Virus record (IMG/VR): IMGVR_UViG_3300022921_000003
From: an uncultured virus (IMG/VR IMGVR_UViG_3300022921_000003)
Taxonomy: Duplodnaviria; Heunggongvirae; Uroviricota; Caudoviricetes
Strand: one strand, 5' to 3'
DNA: 64,000 bases
The translations under genes were made by a program, and so were the position numbers. The notes beneath the pieces are model-generated. The model saw nothing but the letters and a program-made list of their open reading frames with translations. It ran no database searches and had not been told where the DNA came from. This document shows, piece after piece, positions 9,820 to 20,491 of the stretch (positions are counted from its first letter, which is position 1; each line of letters starts with the position of its first letter).

Positions 9820-9928
9820 TAAAAAGAGAGAGTGTCGGTCCACCTAGCAATTCAGCAATATACGAAAGACCATTCGGGACACTCTCTAAGTTATACCCTA
9901 TAGTATCACACTAGAACCATATTGTCAA
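9820..9928 (-). ncRNA. Candidate small structured RNA with its own sigma70 promoter
   Basis: TTGACA(9923-9928)-17-TACTAT; 10-bp stem AGAGAGTGTC/GACACTCTCT followed by a T-run; no ORF. Confidence 0.45.
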
Positions 9929-10103
9929 CCATATTCTCAAACTTTTTCATAGCCACCTCAAAGGGAGTATCCTCATAGAGCTCCACTGCACTAGTCCCAC
10001 ATGCCTTTGACTCTATCTCATAGGTGTAGTCTCTCATACGCCAGAGATACATGGGAGTGACCCCATCTAGGTTAGACTTACCAGTAGCAACCAATCCAAT
10101 CAT
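9906..10103 (-). CDS. Small hypothetical early protein
   Basis: ORF track; one of a run of small coupled ORFs. Confidence 0.55.
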   Translation of the reverse strand: MIGLVATGKSNLDGVTPMYLWRMRDYTYEIESKACGTSAVELYEDTPFEVAMKKFENMVDNMVLV

Positions 10104-10104
10104 A

Positions 10105-10287
10105 TCAGAAACACTCCTCATCCTCAGCACATGCTAGACGCAATGCAGTCAGACCCATGAACTTATCCAGTGCTTCTGCTGCAGCAACCTCTGCATCATC
10201 CTCACTGTAACCCTTAGCAGCAAAGTCTGCCTTGTATTCAAAGAACTTGTTCTCTAGGAACGTCTCTTCGTAGTACTCCATGCTCAT
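10105..10287 (-). CDS. Small acidic hypothetical protein
   Basis: ORF track; SD GGAG upstream. Confidence 0.6.
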   Translation of the reverse strand: MSMEYYEETFLENKFFEYKADFAAKGYSEDDAEVAAAEALDKFMGLTALRLACAEDEECF

Positions 10288-10424
10288 TCCTTGATCTCCT
10301 TCATCTCTAGCAGCCCGTTACGCCGGAAATACATTTCCTTGGCGGCTGCTTCAATCTCATCAGGGAAGTATCCCATGACACACATCCGTTTCTTACAGAT
10401 TTCAAGGCATTCTTTGTAGGTCAT
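10284..10424 (-). CDS. Small hypothetical protein
   Basis: MTYKECLEICKKRM...; downstream of early promoter at 10482-10487. Confidence 0.55.
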   Translation of the reverse strand: MTYKECLEICKKRMCVMGYFPDEIEAAAKEMYFRRNGLLEMKEIKE

Positions 10425-10444
10425 TTCAATCTCTTTCTCTTTTC

Positions 10445-10487
10445 TCATCTTATGTCTTACAATACCATACGCAGAGGATAATGTCAA
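10445..10487 (-). promoter_or_regulatory. Sigma70-type early promoter module
   Basis: TTGACA-17-TATTGT followed by AAGACATAA. Confidence 0.75.
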
Positions 10488-10669
10488 GAAGATTCTGCTA
10501 TCAGTTCTGGAAGACTCCCATCCATTTTCCACAACGTCACCTCAATATCCCCACGAGACACTCTCTCATTGAACACAGCATCAGCTTCGCTTAGCGTTTC
10601 AGCGTCAAACGCTGGTGTGACTGTGTTGTCATCAATGAAACCCTGAACGGAAAATTTTGTATCAGTCAT
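10484..10669 (-). CDS. Small hypothetical protein
   Basis: SD GAGG; promoter TTGACA-17-TATAAA upstream (about 10710-10738). Confidence 0.6.
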   Translation of the reverse strand: MTDTKFSVQGFIDDNTVTPAFDAETLSEADAVFNERVSRGDIEVTLWKMDGSLPELIAESS

Positions 10670-10762
10670 TCATCAGTCCTCTATGTCTTCATAACCACTC
10701 TACATACCCTTTATACACCATTGTCAAGGGATTGTCAAGTACTTTTTTGCATAAAAACAAAA

Positions 10763-10791
10763 AAACCTCAGATATTTCACTGAGGTTCTTT
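10763..10791. terminator. Probable intrinsic terminator
   Basis: AACCTCAG/CTGAGGTT hairpin flanked by A/T runs, downstream of gp43. Confidence 0.55.
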
Positions 10792-11123
10792 GATATTGAG
10801 CCGATAGGTTGCAGACTTTAACCCACACTACTCTATGTTTTTTTAAGCCTTTTTAATGATTGCACATTATTTGTGCGTTGACTACTATTTGTGCAGTATT
10901 CTTCCGGAGCATCCTTCACCCTCTGTATATCCTCCCATATATCCCATTGTATTCCATTCTTATACTCTTCTAGTTTATTCATTATCCAGTTCTTTCAGTC
11001 TATTCTTACTTGCTTGTACCCATGATTGTACACTCATGTGGTCTTCATATTCCTTATTGTTCTCATACTCTCTTACTACATACTCGCAGCATTCTCTAGT
11101 TCTTCCGTGATATGTTAGATATG

Positions 11124-13622
11124 TCATCCAAAGAAGTCCTCCAATGTTCCTTGTGTACCATATGAGCTATCAATCAACCACTTAGCCTTCTCTGCGATAA
11201 ACCGTAGTGGTTCTACGAAGCTCTTCTCAAATTGCATGTCATAGTCTATCTTATCCATTATATCCAGTTCTCTTGGTAATGTGGTGATAAATGAGAATGC
11301 AGATGATTGATAGATGTTTGGTTCTTTCATATGCAGAAATCTTACCTTGTCACCCTCTTGAATATACGGATACCTGTTGGATAGATTGTTCTTTTGTACG
11401 AGGTGATTATACAGTATTCCACCCTTGACATGTATAGGCGCACCCTGTTTAAACAGTCTATCTGTCCCTCTATACTTGGTTACACCATTGCATGAACGTG
11501 GATATGCGATGTCTTCTGGTGGTAATTTCATGAATTCTTCACGGAAATCCTGTATAAACGTGTTCAGTTCCTTCTCTGTTCCACCCATGATGATGTTCAT
11601 TGCATCCTTAATTCTTGCTCTACAGGGGGCTGGTGTGGATGATTTGACTGCTTCGATACCCATCATCTTGAGTTTGGGTTCCTTGTATCGTACTCCCTCA
11701 GAGTCATGTACATTGAGAATATACCTCTTCTTTGCAGTCCAGATGCCCTTATCTGCAATGACTTCTCGTTTCATGTACATCTTCTGGTCATATGCATTCA
11801 TATGCGTTGCAAGAGCCGAATAAGACTTATCAATAAACGGTTCCAGCTTCTCTTTTGCAAGTTTATCCAGAAAGGCCACGACTTTGCCAGTCTCTTGTCC
11901 CTCTCCAAAGATTTTATGTACCAGTGCGTCAAAAGTAATGTATACCGAGTCCGTATCCGATGCAATAACATAGTCTATATTCTCCGTCTTTAACACCTTG
12001 TTCAGATGTATATTCAGTGCCTTTTCGATCCATCGAATAGACAATTGTCCCGCAGTGGTGATAGCAGTTGCAATCAGCAGGTCATAATACCGAAACCAGT
12101 TGTTACCGATTGCACCATATGCGGAGTTCAGTGAAATCTTCTTTGCCATCTGAATGTTGTTATACTTGGATATATCCTTCAGAAGTGCAGGGTTCTTGGT
12201 ATCCTCGTATTCCTGTTCTGCTTGCAACATGAGCTTCTTGTACTTCACACGGTCATTGTACATGCTCTCCATCAATTCTGGTAGAAAGCCCCGGATATCT
12301 TTTCGGAAAAATGCACCATTCGGTGTCATGCAGTATTCAGTGTCATTCTTTGCCTTACCCTCTAGCAGTTTATCCACCATACCTTCTGCAAGGTCAGCAC
12401 CACTATTGACAAGCGTCTCTGGTGAGATGTTATACTGCATGATCAGATGTGGATACAGGGAGTTAAGGTCAAATGACATTACCCAGTTGTGCATACCCAC
12501 CTGTGGGTCTTTCACATATGCACCCTCGTATTTCTCGTTCTTGCCATGTTCTTTCTTGGGTGGAATGACCAGATTTCTCTCACGAAGGTGATTATAGATG
12601 AGAATATCCCAGTACCGCACCGTACCAAGAACATCAGTCAGGTTGACCTTTGCCTCGTATGCCATCGTCAGACATAGTTCAATGAGGCGCATCTTATCCT
12701 CTAGTTTGTCAACCAGTTCCACGTCAGTGATGTTGTATTCGATGAATGACTGATAATCCTTAGTGTACCACTCACGGAAAGTGTCAAATGGATTGCCATC
12801 CTTACGTTCACCCAGTTCGACATATGCAATATGGTCCAGTGTGTACCGTTCTTGGTTCGTATATGTGAACTTCCGATACAGGTCGTAATAGTCCAGTGCA
12901 GATACACCGTCGATGGTGTAAATCTGGTGTGTTCTACCCATCTGATACACTTGACGGTCAAATACGTTGCGCCATGGAGATAGACGTTTCACCTCGTCCT
13001 CGTCAAACACTCGTTTGATACGATTGCAGAGATAGGGAATATCGAAGAATTCAGTGTTCCATCCTGTCACGATATCTGGTACATTCCTCTCCCAGAACGC
13101 AAGAAACTCCTTGAGCAGATGAACTTCACTCTCGCACTTGATATATGTCACATCATCACGGTCATTACGGAAATCATGCAATCCCCACACCACAATGCGT
13201 TTGGTTTGATGATTCTTGACGGTAATGGACAACATGGGCTCGAGTGCGTCCTCTGGTTTCGGAAAACCGTTCTCGCACTCCACCTCAATGTCGATGGTGA
13301 TGACAAGCATCTGGTCCAAGTCCCAATCGACACGGCCTGGATACTCGTCTGCAATCCAACAATAGGGATATTGTGTGTTACCAAACACGATATCCTGATT
13401 ATCTCTATCTGCAATCCAATCCTTGGCATCACGAATGGAGTCGAACTTATGCGGTAGTACAGCACGCCCATCTAGGGTACTGTATCCTGTTCTCTCCCTC
13501 GTGTTCACAAGGTCGAATAGTGTGGGTTGATATTTAACTCTCTTGGTGAGACGTTTGCCGTTCTCGACATAACGTACCAGAAGAGAGTTGCCGTATTGAA
13601 GAACATTTGTATAAAAAGACAT
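11124..13622 (-). CDS. gp43: Family B DNA polymerase (T4 gp43)
   Basis: DIEV exonuclease I, GWN..FDIPY, FDLNSLYP, KISLNSAYG and SDTDS motifs; no intein seen. Confidence 0.97.
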   Translation of the reverse strand: MSFYTNVLQYGNSLLVRYVENGKRLTKRVKYQPTLFDLVNTRERTGYSTLDGRAVLPHKFDSIRDAKDWIADRDNQDIVFGNTQYPYCWIADEYPGRVDWDLDQMLVITIDIEVECENGFPKPEDALEPMLSITVKNHQTKRIVVWGLHDFRNDRDDVTYIKCESEVHLLKEFLAFWERNVPDIVTGWNTEFFDIPYLCNRIKRVFDEDEVKRLSPWRNVFDRQVYQMGRTHQIYTIDGVSALDYYDLYRKFTYTNQERYTLDHIAYVELGERKDGNPFDTFREWYTKDYQSFIEYNITDVELVDKLEDKMRLIELCLTMAYEAKVNLTDVLGTVRYWDILIYNHLRERNLVIPPKKEHGKNEKYEGAYVKDPQVGMHNWVMSFDLNSLYPHLIMQYNISPETLVNSGADLAEGMVDKLLEGKAKNDTEYCMTPNGAFFRKDIRGFLPELMESMYNDRVKYKKLMLQAEQEYEDTKNPALLKDISKYNNIQMAKKISLNSAYGAIGNNWFRYYDLLIATAITTAGQLSIRWIEKALNIHLNKVLKTENIDYVIASDTDSVYITFDALVHKIFGEGQETGKVVAFLDKLAKEKLEPFIDKSYSALATHMNAYDQKMYMKREVIADKGIWTAKKRYILNVHDSEGVRYKEPKLKMMGIEAVKSSTPAPCRARIKDAMNIIMGGTEKELNTFIQDFREEFMKLPPEDIAYPRSCNGVTKYRGTDRLFKQGAPIHVKGGILYNHLVQKNNLSNRYPYIQEGDKVRFLHMKEPNIYQSSAFSFITTLPRELDIMDKIDYDMQFEKSFVEPLRFIAEKAKWLIDSSYGTQGTLEDFFG

Positions 13623-13692
13623 ATGATGACTATATATCATTTACCCCAATCTGTCAAGGAACTTATAAATAGTATTCTATAGGAGTGAACAC

Positions 13693-15072
13693 ATGGCAAA
13701 TTTCAGAGCTGACTTGCAAACATATGGTCCATTTGGACATGACAACAAAGTATTTGAAGTACCAATGATTGCAAACAAGAATGGTGAGGTTGTCACTACA
13801 GAAAATCCATTCCCTGTCACCATTACACAGGCAATTGGTTATTCAAACCGTTCTACAGTGAATGACGCATTTGGTCGTCTTAGAGTTTCCAATCCACATA
13901 CACTATTTGACTCCTCACTACGATATGGTGATAATACAGATAAGTGGTCAGAGAGTGAAACAGATAACTCCGGCAACTCTGGATCAGCACATAATGCCAG
14001 TCAAGGTTTGATGGATATTACTCTTGGCACATCTAGTGGTGACGAGATTATTCGTGAGACAAAGAGAGTGTTTTCATATCAGCCTGGTAAGTCACTACTG
14101 GCATTGAATACCTTTGTGATGAATGAAGGTAAGACTAATCTTCGGCAGAGAGTTGGATATTTTGGTGCTGAAAATGGCGTATTCCTTGAACTTGATGGAA
14201 CTGATCTGTATATTGTAAAACGCAGTAAAGTGACAGGTTCAGTAGTTGATACCAAAATTGCACAGGCAAACTGGAATATTGACACAATGGATGGTGATGC
14301 AGACACCGCAAATCCATCTGGTTATACTCTCAGTATTGATAAGGCACAAATTTTCTGGTCTGATTTCGAATGGCTTGGTGTTGGTTCAGTTCGTGTTGGT
14401 TTTGTTGTCAATGGTCAATTTATTCCTGTTCATGCATTCCATCACGCAAATACAAGTGATGCAGCATATGATGGTCTATCCACTTATATCACTACCGCAA
14501 CACTACCATGTCGGTATGAGATTACTAATACAGGTGCTACAGGTTCAGCATCAACGCTCAAACAAATTTGTTCCAGTGTAATGAGCGAGGGTGGATATAA
14601 TAACACATCCATTTCTCGCTCTGTATCAACTGCCATTACTGGAAAGAACATTTCAGATACCGCTGACACACCACTAATTAGTATTCGACTTCGTAGTGGT
14701 AGAACAGATGGTGTTGTGGTTCCGATGTTTGCTGATCTGTATGGTTTACAACAAGCAGCATTCCAATATAAGGTTTTTACTAACGTAACAAGTCTCACAG
14801 GTGCCAGTTTTGTGTCTGCTGGATCAGACAGTAATATTGAGTATGATTTATCAGCAACAGCATTAACTGGCGGCAATAAGATCATGGAAGGTGTGTTTGT
14901 TGGTGATACAAAGGGTGGCGCATCAAATATAGATTTTGCACACCTCAATCACCAATTACAGTTAACAAGATCATTGGGTAGTTCTACTGGTGATATTTTC
15001 ACACTCGCAATTAGAGCAACAACGAATAATGATGATGCGGTTGGCGCATTGAACTGGCAAGAACACAGTTAA
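13693..15072 (+). CDS. Putative virion structural protein (beta-rich)
   Basis: 459 aa, DAFGRLRVS motif; late promoter TATAAATA 13664-13671 and SD AGGAG. Confidence 0.65.
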   Translation: MANFRADLQTYGPFGHDNKVFEVPMIANKNGEVVTTENPFPVTITQAIGYSNRSTVNDAFGRLRVSNPHTLFDSSLRYGDNTDKWSESETDNSGNSGSAHNASQGLMDITLGTSSGDEIIRETKRVFSYQPGKSLLALNTFVMNEGKTNLRQRVGYFGAENGVFLELDGTDLYIVKRSKVTGSVVDTKIAQANWNIDTMDGDADTANPSGYTLSIDKAQIFWSDFEWLGVGSVRVGFVVNGQFIPVHAFHHANTSDAAYDGLSTYITTATLPCRYEITNTGATGSASTLKQICSSVMSEGGYNNTSISRSVSTAITGKNISDTADTPLISIRLRSGRTDGVVVPMFADLYGLQQAAFQYKVFTNVTSLTGASFVSAGSDSNIEYDLSATALTGGNKIMEGVFVGDTKGGASNIDFAHLNHQLQLTRSLGSSTGDIFTLAIRATTNNDDAVGALNWQEHS

Positions 15073-15115
15073 GTCTCTTGACACACATTCTATTCTGTGA
15101 TATATAAATACTGTT

Positions 15116-16360
15116 ATGGACACATTTCTAGAACTCCTCTCTGAAGATAAAGGTGGCAAGAACTTACATCTTGAACACCTTGAAGACGAAATACTCAACT
15201 ATGGCGTTGATGGTGGACGGGCTGCAATTAACTTTCTCCGTTCTCTCCGTGATATGTTGGCAGGAAGTTCCCGTTCTTCCGTAAACATGACAGTTAAATG
15301 GGATGGCGCACCCGCAATCTTTGCTGGTATTGACCCAGCAGATGGAAAGTTCTTTGTCGCAAAGAAATCCGTGTTTAACGTCAATCCTAAGCTGTATAAG
15401 AGCAACGAGGAGATTGATGCTGACTTGTCTGGTACATTGAACAGTAAGTTCAAAGTAGCCCTCTCAGAACTCTCTAAAATCGGTATAAAGGGTGTTCTAC
15501 AGGGTGATTTGATGTTTACCGACGACATCGAAACTGATACCATTGATGGGGTGTCCTACTACACATTCCAACCCAACACCATCGTATATGCGGTTCCTAC
15601 TGACAGTGATTTGGGTAAGTCCATGAGCCGTGCAAAGATTGGTATTGTATTCCACACCACATATACTGGTGACGATCTACAGTCCATGAAGGCATCCTTT
15701 GGTGCAGATATCAAGGGACTCAAGAAGACATCCTCAGTGTGGATGGATGATGCAACATACAAGGATACATCTGGAAGTAGCACATTCACAGACAAAGAGA
15801 CACAACTGATAACCAAATACCTCAGTGATACAGGTCGCACATTCCAACGTATCAATGCAAATGGACTAAAGGCGTTCCTACGTCTACAGGACAGTATGAC
15901 AGGTAATCTTGCTGGTGCATCACTCAAGACATACAACAACAGCATGGTCCGTAAAGGTCAGAAGATTACTAATCCATCCGCACATGCAAAGGGATATGAG
16001 GATTGGGTCAGAATGCACTTCGACAAACAGATTGAGAAGGCAAAGAGTGATGCTGGAAAGAAGAAGTATCAGAACATGCAGAAAGAGTATGTTCGTGAAG
16101 TCAAGAAGCACACCAAGAATCTAGGTAACATTATTCAGTTTCAGAACCTACTTGTAGAAGCAAAACAGGTCATCGTGAATAAACTGAACTCAGTGCGTCA
16201 GATGACTGATACCTTCATTCGCACTTCCAATGGTTATAAGGTTACTAGTCCAGAAGGTTACGTTGCAATTGATCGTGTAAAAGGAAATGCGGTCAAACTT
16301 GTTGACCGCATGGAGTTCTCCTTTAACAATTTCACCGCCATCAAGGCATGGGATCGTTAA
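15116..16360 (+). CDS. Conserved T4-like phage protein (DUF6267-like)
   Basis: [24 protein letters not shown] and EGYV...KLVDR.EFS..NF motifs. Confidence 0.7.
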   Translation: MDTFLELLSEDKGGKNLHLEHLEDEILNYGVDGGRAAINFLRSLRDMLAGSSRSSVNMTVKWDGAPAIFAGIDPADGKFFVAKKSVFNVNPKLYKSNEEIDADLSGTLNSKFKVALSELSKIGIKGVLQGDLMFTDDIETDTIDGVSYYTFQPNTIVYAVPTDSDLGKSMSRAKIGIVFHTTYTGDDLQSMKASFGADIKGLKKTSSVWMDDATYKDTSGSSTFTDKETQLITKYLSDTGRTFQRINANGLKAFLRLQDSMTGNLAGASLKTYNNSMVRKGQKITNPSAHAKGYEDWVRMHFDKQIEKAKSDAGKKKYQNMQKEYVREVKKHTKNLGNIIQFQNLLVEAKQVIVNKLNSVRQMTDTFIRTSNGYKVTSPEGYVAIDRVKGNAVKLVDRMEFSFNNFTAIKAWDR

Positions 16361-17370
16361 CCGTACTTGAATTCCTTTCCTGCTGCTTCTTCTAGTCGAG
16401 CCATGACATCTTCAGTGAAGTATGTCTCAGGGTCATTCAGAATAGTCTTACCAAACTGCTTCGAACCATCAGGCAACTCAATACGAGTCGATACCTTCTT
16501 GAAGATTTCATACTTCTCTGCGAGTTCCAACAGACCATAGTACTTGTCCAACCCAGTGGAATAGGACAGTCTTACATCCACCATCTTATTCTCAATGGTC
16601 AAACGAGATTTGTGGTTCTTGCAGTGAATAATATTTCCCACAACCTCAGTACCATCCTTGTCCTTCTTCTTAGACAGATAGACGATAGAGGATGCTGCAT
16701 ACTTCAGACCAGAACCACCACCCATCTCTTTTGTTGGGAACATGGAACCAACAACGTCATAGGTATGGTTGGTGACTACCATAGGCACCTTTGCCTTACC
16801 TAGTTTCAGTGTCAGGACACGGAACGCAGCCTTGAGTACCTGTGCTCGTGTCATGTCACGAGTCTCTTTACCATCTGCCGTATCCTCTACCTCTTTAGTG
16901 GTAGATAGCATACCCAGTGAGTCGAGACACAACATCATCTGTGGACGGTCACCTTCTGGTTTCGACAGATGGTCATCCAGAACACGAATTGCCTGTGTCC
17001 GAAACTCCTGTACAGTGGTGACAGGCATGACAACCATACGCTTGGGGTCAATACCACGGTCAATCACCATCTGACGTGTGATTGCACTCTCACTCTCAAA
17101 GTATAGAACACCAGCATCAGGGTTCGCATCAAGGAAGTTCTTGACCATACCCATGAGAAAGAATGTCTTACCTGTTGCACTCTCACCAGCAATCGCAGTG
17201 ATCTTATTAGATGGTAGTCCACCATATAGACTACCCGACAGAAGTGCATTGAAGATGTATGAACCAGTGTCAATAAAGTTCTCTACATCACCAGCCTCTA
17301 CTCCATCATCTACAATTGCAGCGTACTCGTTTCCTGCTGCCTTGATTGCGTCCTGTAAAAAATTACTCAT
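16357..17370 (-). CDS. uvsX: RecA-like recombinase UvsX
   Basis: GESATGKT Walker [23 protein letters not shown]. Confidence 0.95.
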   Translation of the reverse strand: MSNFLQDAIKAAGNEYAAIVDDGVEAGDVENFIDTGSYIFNALLSGSLYGGLPSNKITAIAGESATGKTFFLMGMVKNFLDANPDAGVLYFESESAITRQMVIDRGIDPKRMVVMPVTTVQEFRTQAIRVLDDHLSKPEGDRPQMMLCLDSLGMLSTTKEVEDTADGKETRDMTRAQVLKAAFRVLTLKLGKAKVPMVVTNHTYDVVGSMFPTKEMGGGSGLKYAASSIVYLSKKKDKDGTEVVGNIIHCKNHKSRLTIENKMVDVRLSYSTGLDKYYGLLELAEKYEIFKKVSTRIELPDGSKQFGKTILNDPETYFTEDVMARLEEAAGKEFKYG

Positions 17371-17689
17371 CCATGCCTCCTTTATAAATCAGCGTTTCTT
17401 CTTCCATTCTCTGCTCAATGATATCAACTAGAATATCACCAATCAGTGTAAAGAAATCCTCATCGAACTCATCGCGAGGAATGTTGTTGTTGTCTTCTAT
17501 GTTGTAGTCAAACGAGAGTTGTGCAAACCCCTCTGGTGTCGGTTCTGGAACACTAATGCGTCCATACGAATAGACTACACCAGAGAACCTATGGTCACCA
17601 CGCAAGAGAACCGATGCTTGAGCATCGTCCTCTCTTGATACATACTCCCATGTGTCTGGATTAATTCTTGGTATGCTCATACTTGCCAT
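17363..17689 (-). CDS. Conserved phage protein, gp40-like position (head vertex chaperone?)
   Basis: Acidic 108 aa between gp41 and uvsX; GVVYSYG and IGDILVDII motifs. Confidence 0.5.
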   Translation of the reverse strand: MASMSIPRINPDTWEYVSREDDAQASVLLRGDHRFSGVVYSYGRISVPEPTPEGFAQLSFDYNIEDNNNIPRDEFDEDFFTLIGDILVDIIEQRMEEETLIYKGGMDE

Positions 17690-19059
17690 CCTTCTCCAAA
17701 ATCTGTATTATCAAATACAGGTTCATTAAATGTGTCTTCTTTCTGGTTACTGTCAACCAGACCATCCTGTTCACTTGCATCTAGGTCATGCAGACGCATC
17801 TTTGCACGGTCGATACCGATAACAAATCTCTTGTTCATCGTTGGGTCATTGTATCGGTTCTTCAACTGCTTGACTGCGATTTGGTTTCGTTCCTCAAGTT
17901 CCTCACTAGAAATAAGCGCAAACATGAGGTCTGCCGTAGCAGGAAGACCAAAAGACTCTGACGTGTCTTCCAAACCAACATCTGTGTTGGAGTACCCGCT
18001 CCTTGTGGTCTGTGTTGCCGACATAATCGGGACATTTGTTTCAACTGCGAGTCCCCTAAGCTCCTCTGCAATCGATTTAATATACATGTACGAGTTGACA
18101 TTTGCTGCCCCCTTGAATCTACTAGATGCACAGATGTTTAGATAGTCAATGAAGATGATATCTGGTTTGAATGACTTCTTGACTGCGAGCTCCTTGATAA
18201 GACCACGAAAGTGTCCAGAGTGTGCAGATGCAGTTGGATACTCCTTGATTACCAATTGACCAGTGGTGTTCTTGATAATCTTGTTGATCTTGTCATCATA
18301 CATCTGTTTTGGTAGACTATGTAGGTCTTCCATAGAGATATTCATGAGGTTTGCATCAATACGTTCTGCGATACGTTCCTCTGCCATCTCCATAGAAATA
18401 TACAGGACGTTCCTACCTTGGTTCATACAGTTCGCTGCCATGTGACACATAAACAGAGACTTACCCACACCAGTTCCAGCAAGGGCAATGTTCAGTGTCT
18501 TGGGTGGTAGTCCACCCTTAGTAATACGATTGAAGAAGTCAAGGTCGAAAGGTATCTTCTCCTCTACCGTGTGGTAAAATTCGAACCGTGATTCTGCATC
18601 AAGTAGATAATCATGACCAACAGAGTTATCAAAACCAACGGCCAAGGCATCAGTGAGAATGCTCGGAATAGCATCGACATTTCGATTCTTATCTTTTCCA
18701 TCAATAATTTGAATACCTTCAACGATTGCATTGTATACCGCCTTATCCTTACAGAATTTCTCTGTAGTCTCTACTAACCACTCTAAATTCGCATCATCGT
18801 CTTTCTCAAGACTCTTAACTACATCAATTACCGCCTTGACATCTTGTTCGTTCAAGTCACGGCGAGTGTCGATCTCAATTTCAATAGAAGTCTTGTTTGG
18901 TAGAGTGTTGTATTTATCTACAAACTTCTGTATCTCTTCGAATACAATACGTTCACTACGGTCAGAAAAGTAATCCACCTTCATATGTGGAAGTACCTTT
19001 CTGGCGTAGTTCTCGTTTGAGATTAACTCAGATAGAGCTGTCCTCTCAATTGTCTTCAT
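17677..19059 (-). CDS. gp41: Replicative DnaB-like helicase gp41
   Basis: AGTGVGKS, IDYLNI, ATQTTRSG, ESFGLPATAD, KQLKNRY. Confidence 0.96.
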   Translation of the reverse strand: MKTIERTALSELISNENYARKVLPHMKVDYFSDRSERIVFEEIQKFVDKYNTLPNKTSIEIEIDTRRDLNEQDVKAVIDVVKSLEKDDDANLEWLVETTEKFCKDKAVYNAIVEGIQIIDGKDKNRNVDAIPSILTDALAVGFDNSVGHDYLLDAESRFEFYHTVEEKIPFDLDFFNRITKGGLPPKTLNIALAGTGVGKSLFMCHMAANCMNQGRNVLYISMEMAEERIAERIDANLMNISMEDLHSLPKQMYDDKINKIIKNTTGQLVIKEYPTASAHSGHFRGLIKELAVKKSFKPDIIFIDYLNICASSRFKGAANVNSYMYIKSIAEELRGLAVETNVPIMSATQTTRSGYSNTDVGLEDTSESFGLPATADLMFALISSEELEERNQIAVKQLKNRYNDPTMNKRFVIGIDRAKMRLHDLDASEQDGLVDSNQKEDTFNEPVFDNTDFGEGWQV

Positions 19060-19657
19060 CTAGTCGGCCTCGACACTCAGAGAGAAATTCTTGTTGTAGG
19101 TCATGGGATGTTTCCCAGATATTTTCCCACACAATGTCCTGACTCTCTTCTGTTAAATCACCATCCTCGTCCTCTTCAATGTCATGATGCTTCTTGACCT
19201 CTTCAAGAATTTCATCATAGTCCCACTCAGATGATTCGTCTAGTTCATCTCCAATGTAGAAGTTAGCACCAATAAAGTTTGGCATCTCATCCTCATAAGT
19301 CACCTCAGTAACAACATCAGGACAGATTGCAGCAATTGCAGTCAACAGATTCTCAACACCAGTTATAGGAGCACCCCATGCAGAAACAGTTCGAATCGTA
19401 CAACCGCTCTCACCAATTCCGCGGAAACAGCTGTCCTCAAAGTCTTCGATATAACACCACTTGGGTCCGATGTTTTCGAGGGTCCACTCGTATTTCTCTG
19501 ACTGCTCATAGGTTACGTTTGTTCCATCAACAAACATATCACCGAACCACTTGTAGTCCTCAGTTTCACGCACTCTAGAATACAGTTCCTTAATAAGATT
19601 AACTGCATTCGAATTTAGATTTTCCATGTCAATGCATGTGTTTACATTGTTAGCCAT
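19046..19657 (-). CDS. Acidic hypothetical protein (ferredoxin-like YubB-type fold possible)
   Basis: W..ENIGPKW and SAWGAP motifs; SD GAGG before ATG 19657. Confidence 0.55.
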   Translation of the reverse strand: MANNVNTCIDMENLNSNAVNLIKELYSRVRETEDYKWFGDMFVDGTNVTYEQSEKYEWTLENIGPKWCYIEDFEDSCFRGIGESGCTIRTVSAWGAPITGVENLLTAIAAICPDVVTEVTYEDEMPNFIGANFYIGDELDESSEWDYDEILEEVKKHHDIEEDEDGDLTEESQDIVWENIWETSHDLQQEFLSECRGRLDEDN

Positions 19658-20114
19658 TTTCTTCCTCTTCCAAAAAATATTGTGAGACAGGTATCTCACA
19701 TCTCACTAAAAAGTCCACACCCACAGTTTCCCTATAAGACTGTGAATATACAACTTCACTTACTCCAGCAGAGTATAACATCTTCGCACAAGAAAGGCAA
19801 GGTGCATGTGTAATAAATGCTACTGAACCTTCACCTGACTCGTTTGACCTCGCAAGTTTTGCGACAGCGTTTGCCTCTGCGTGAATTACCTCTGGTTTTG
19901 TAACTAACTCCTTTGTTACCGCAATCTTAGATACTTTAGAATAGACCTCATCTTCACATTCATTGGTCCACCCACTCGGCATACCATTGTATCCGATACT
20001 TATGATACGGTGGTCCTTAACCAGAACACACCCCACCTTAAGTTTCTCTGCTGTGCTGCACTCTGCATATGCATGTGCAGCCCGCATGTGTGCTCGAATG
20101 TGTTTAGGTTTCAT
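19650..20114 (-). CDS. cd: dCMP deaminase
   Basis: IGYNG, HAEANA and PCLSC zinc motifs. Confidence 0.9.
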   Translation of the reverse strand: MKPKHIRAHMRAAHAYAECSTAEKLKVGCVLVKDHRIISIGYNGMPSGWTNECEDEVYSKVSKIAVTKELVTKPEVIHAEANAVAKLARSNESGEGSVAFITHAPCLSCAKMLYSAGVSEVVYSQSYRETVGVDFLVRCEIPVSQYFLEEEENG

Positions 20115-20491
20115 ACACCATTCAATCCCAGTGTGGTCTTTAGGTCAGGCGCACGGTATCCCGGCCCCTTCATAACCTTACCATCCTCACGATAGATAGG
20201 TTTACCCTCTGGTCCAAGTTTAGTCATGTTGCTATTATGCACCTCTTCGAAACATTTGTCAAGGTCCAATCCAAAAGAATGTCCAGCACCATAAACGACA
20301 TACAGAAGGTCAGTGAGTGCATCAGCAACCTCTACAATGTTTCTCTCTTCGATTGCTTGACCCAGTTCCTTAAGTTCCTCGTCAATCAGGTCGTATCGCA
20401 ATTGTGATACACTTGTCCATGTGGGTTCAGTCTCTACAGTCTGACCAAACGCAGTCATGAACTCTGCTACCTTCTCAAAGTTCGTACTCAT
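20111..20491 (-). CDS. MazG/PRA-PH-like nucleotide pyrophosphohydrolase
   Basis: LIDEE..E...VADALTDLLYV..G, EVHNSNMTK, REDGKVMKG. Confidence 0.85.
   Translation of the reverse strand: MSTNFEKVAEFMTAFGQTVETEPTWTSVSQLRYDLIDEELKELGQAIEERNIVEVADALTDLLYVVYGAGHSFGLDLDKCFEEVHNSNMTKLGPEGKPIYREDGKVMKGPGYRAPDLKTTLGLNGV

Noticed and set aside
9827..9887. Hammerhead ribozyme (GAAA next to a stem)
   Set aside because: No CUGANGA core on either strand.
11124..13622. Introns, inteins or homing endonucleases in gp43 (also checked nrdA, nrdB, thyX, gp41)
   Set aside because: All are continuous and of normal length; no intein or LAGLIDADG/GIY-YIG/HNH motifs seen.
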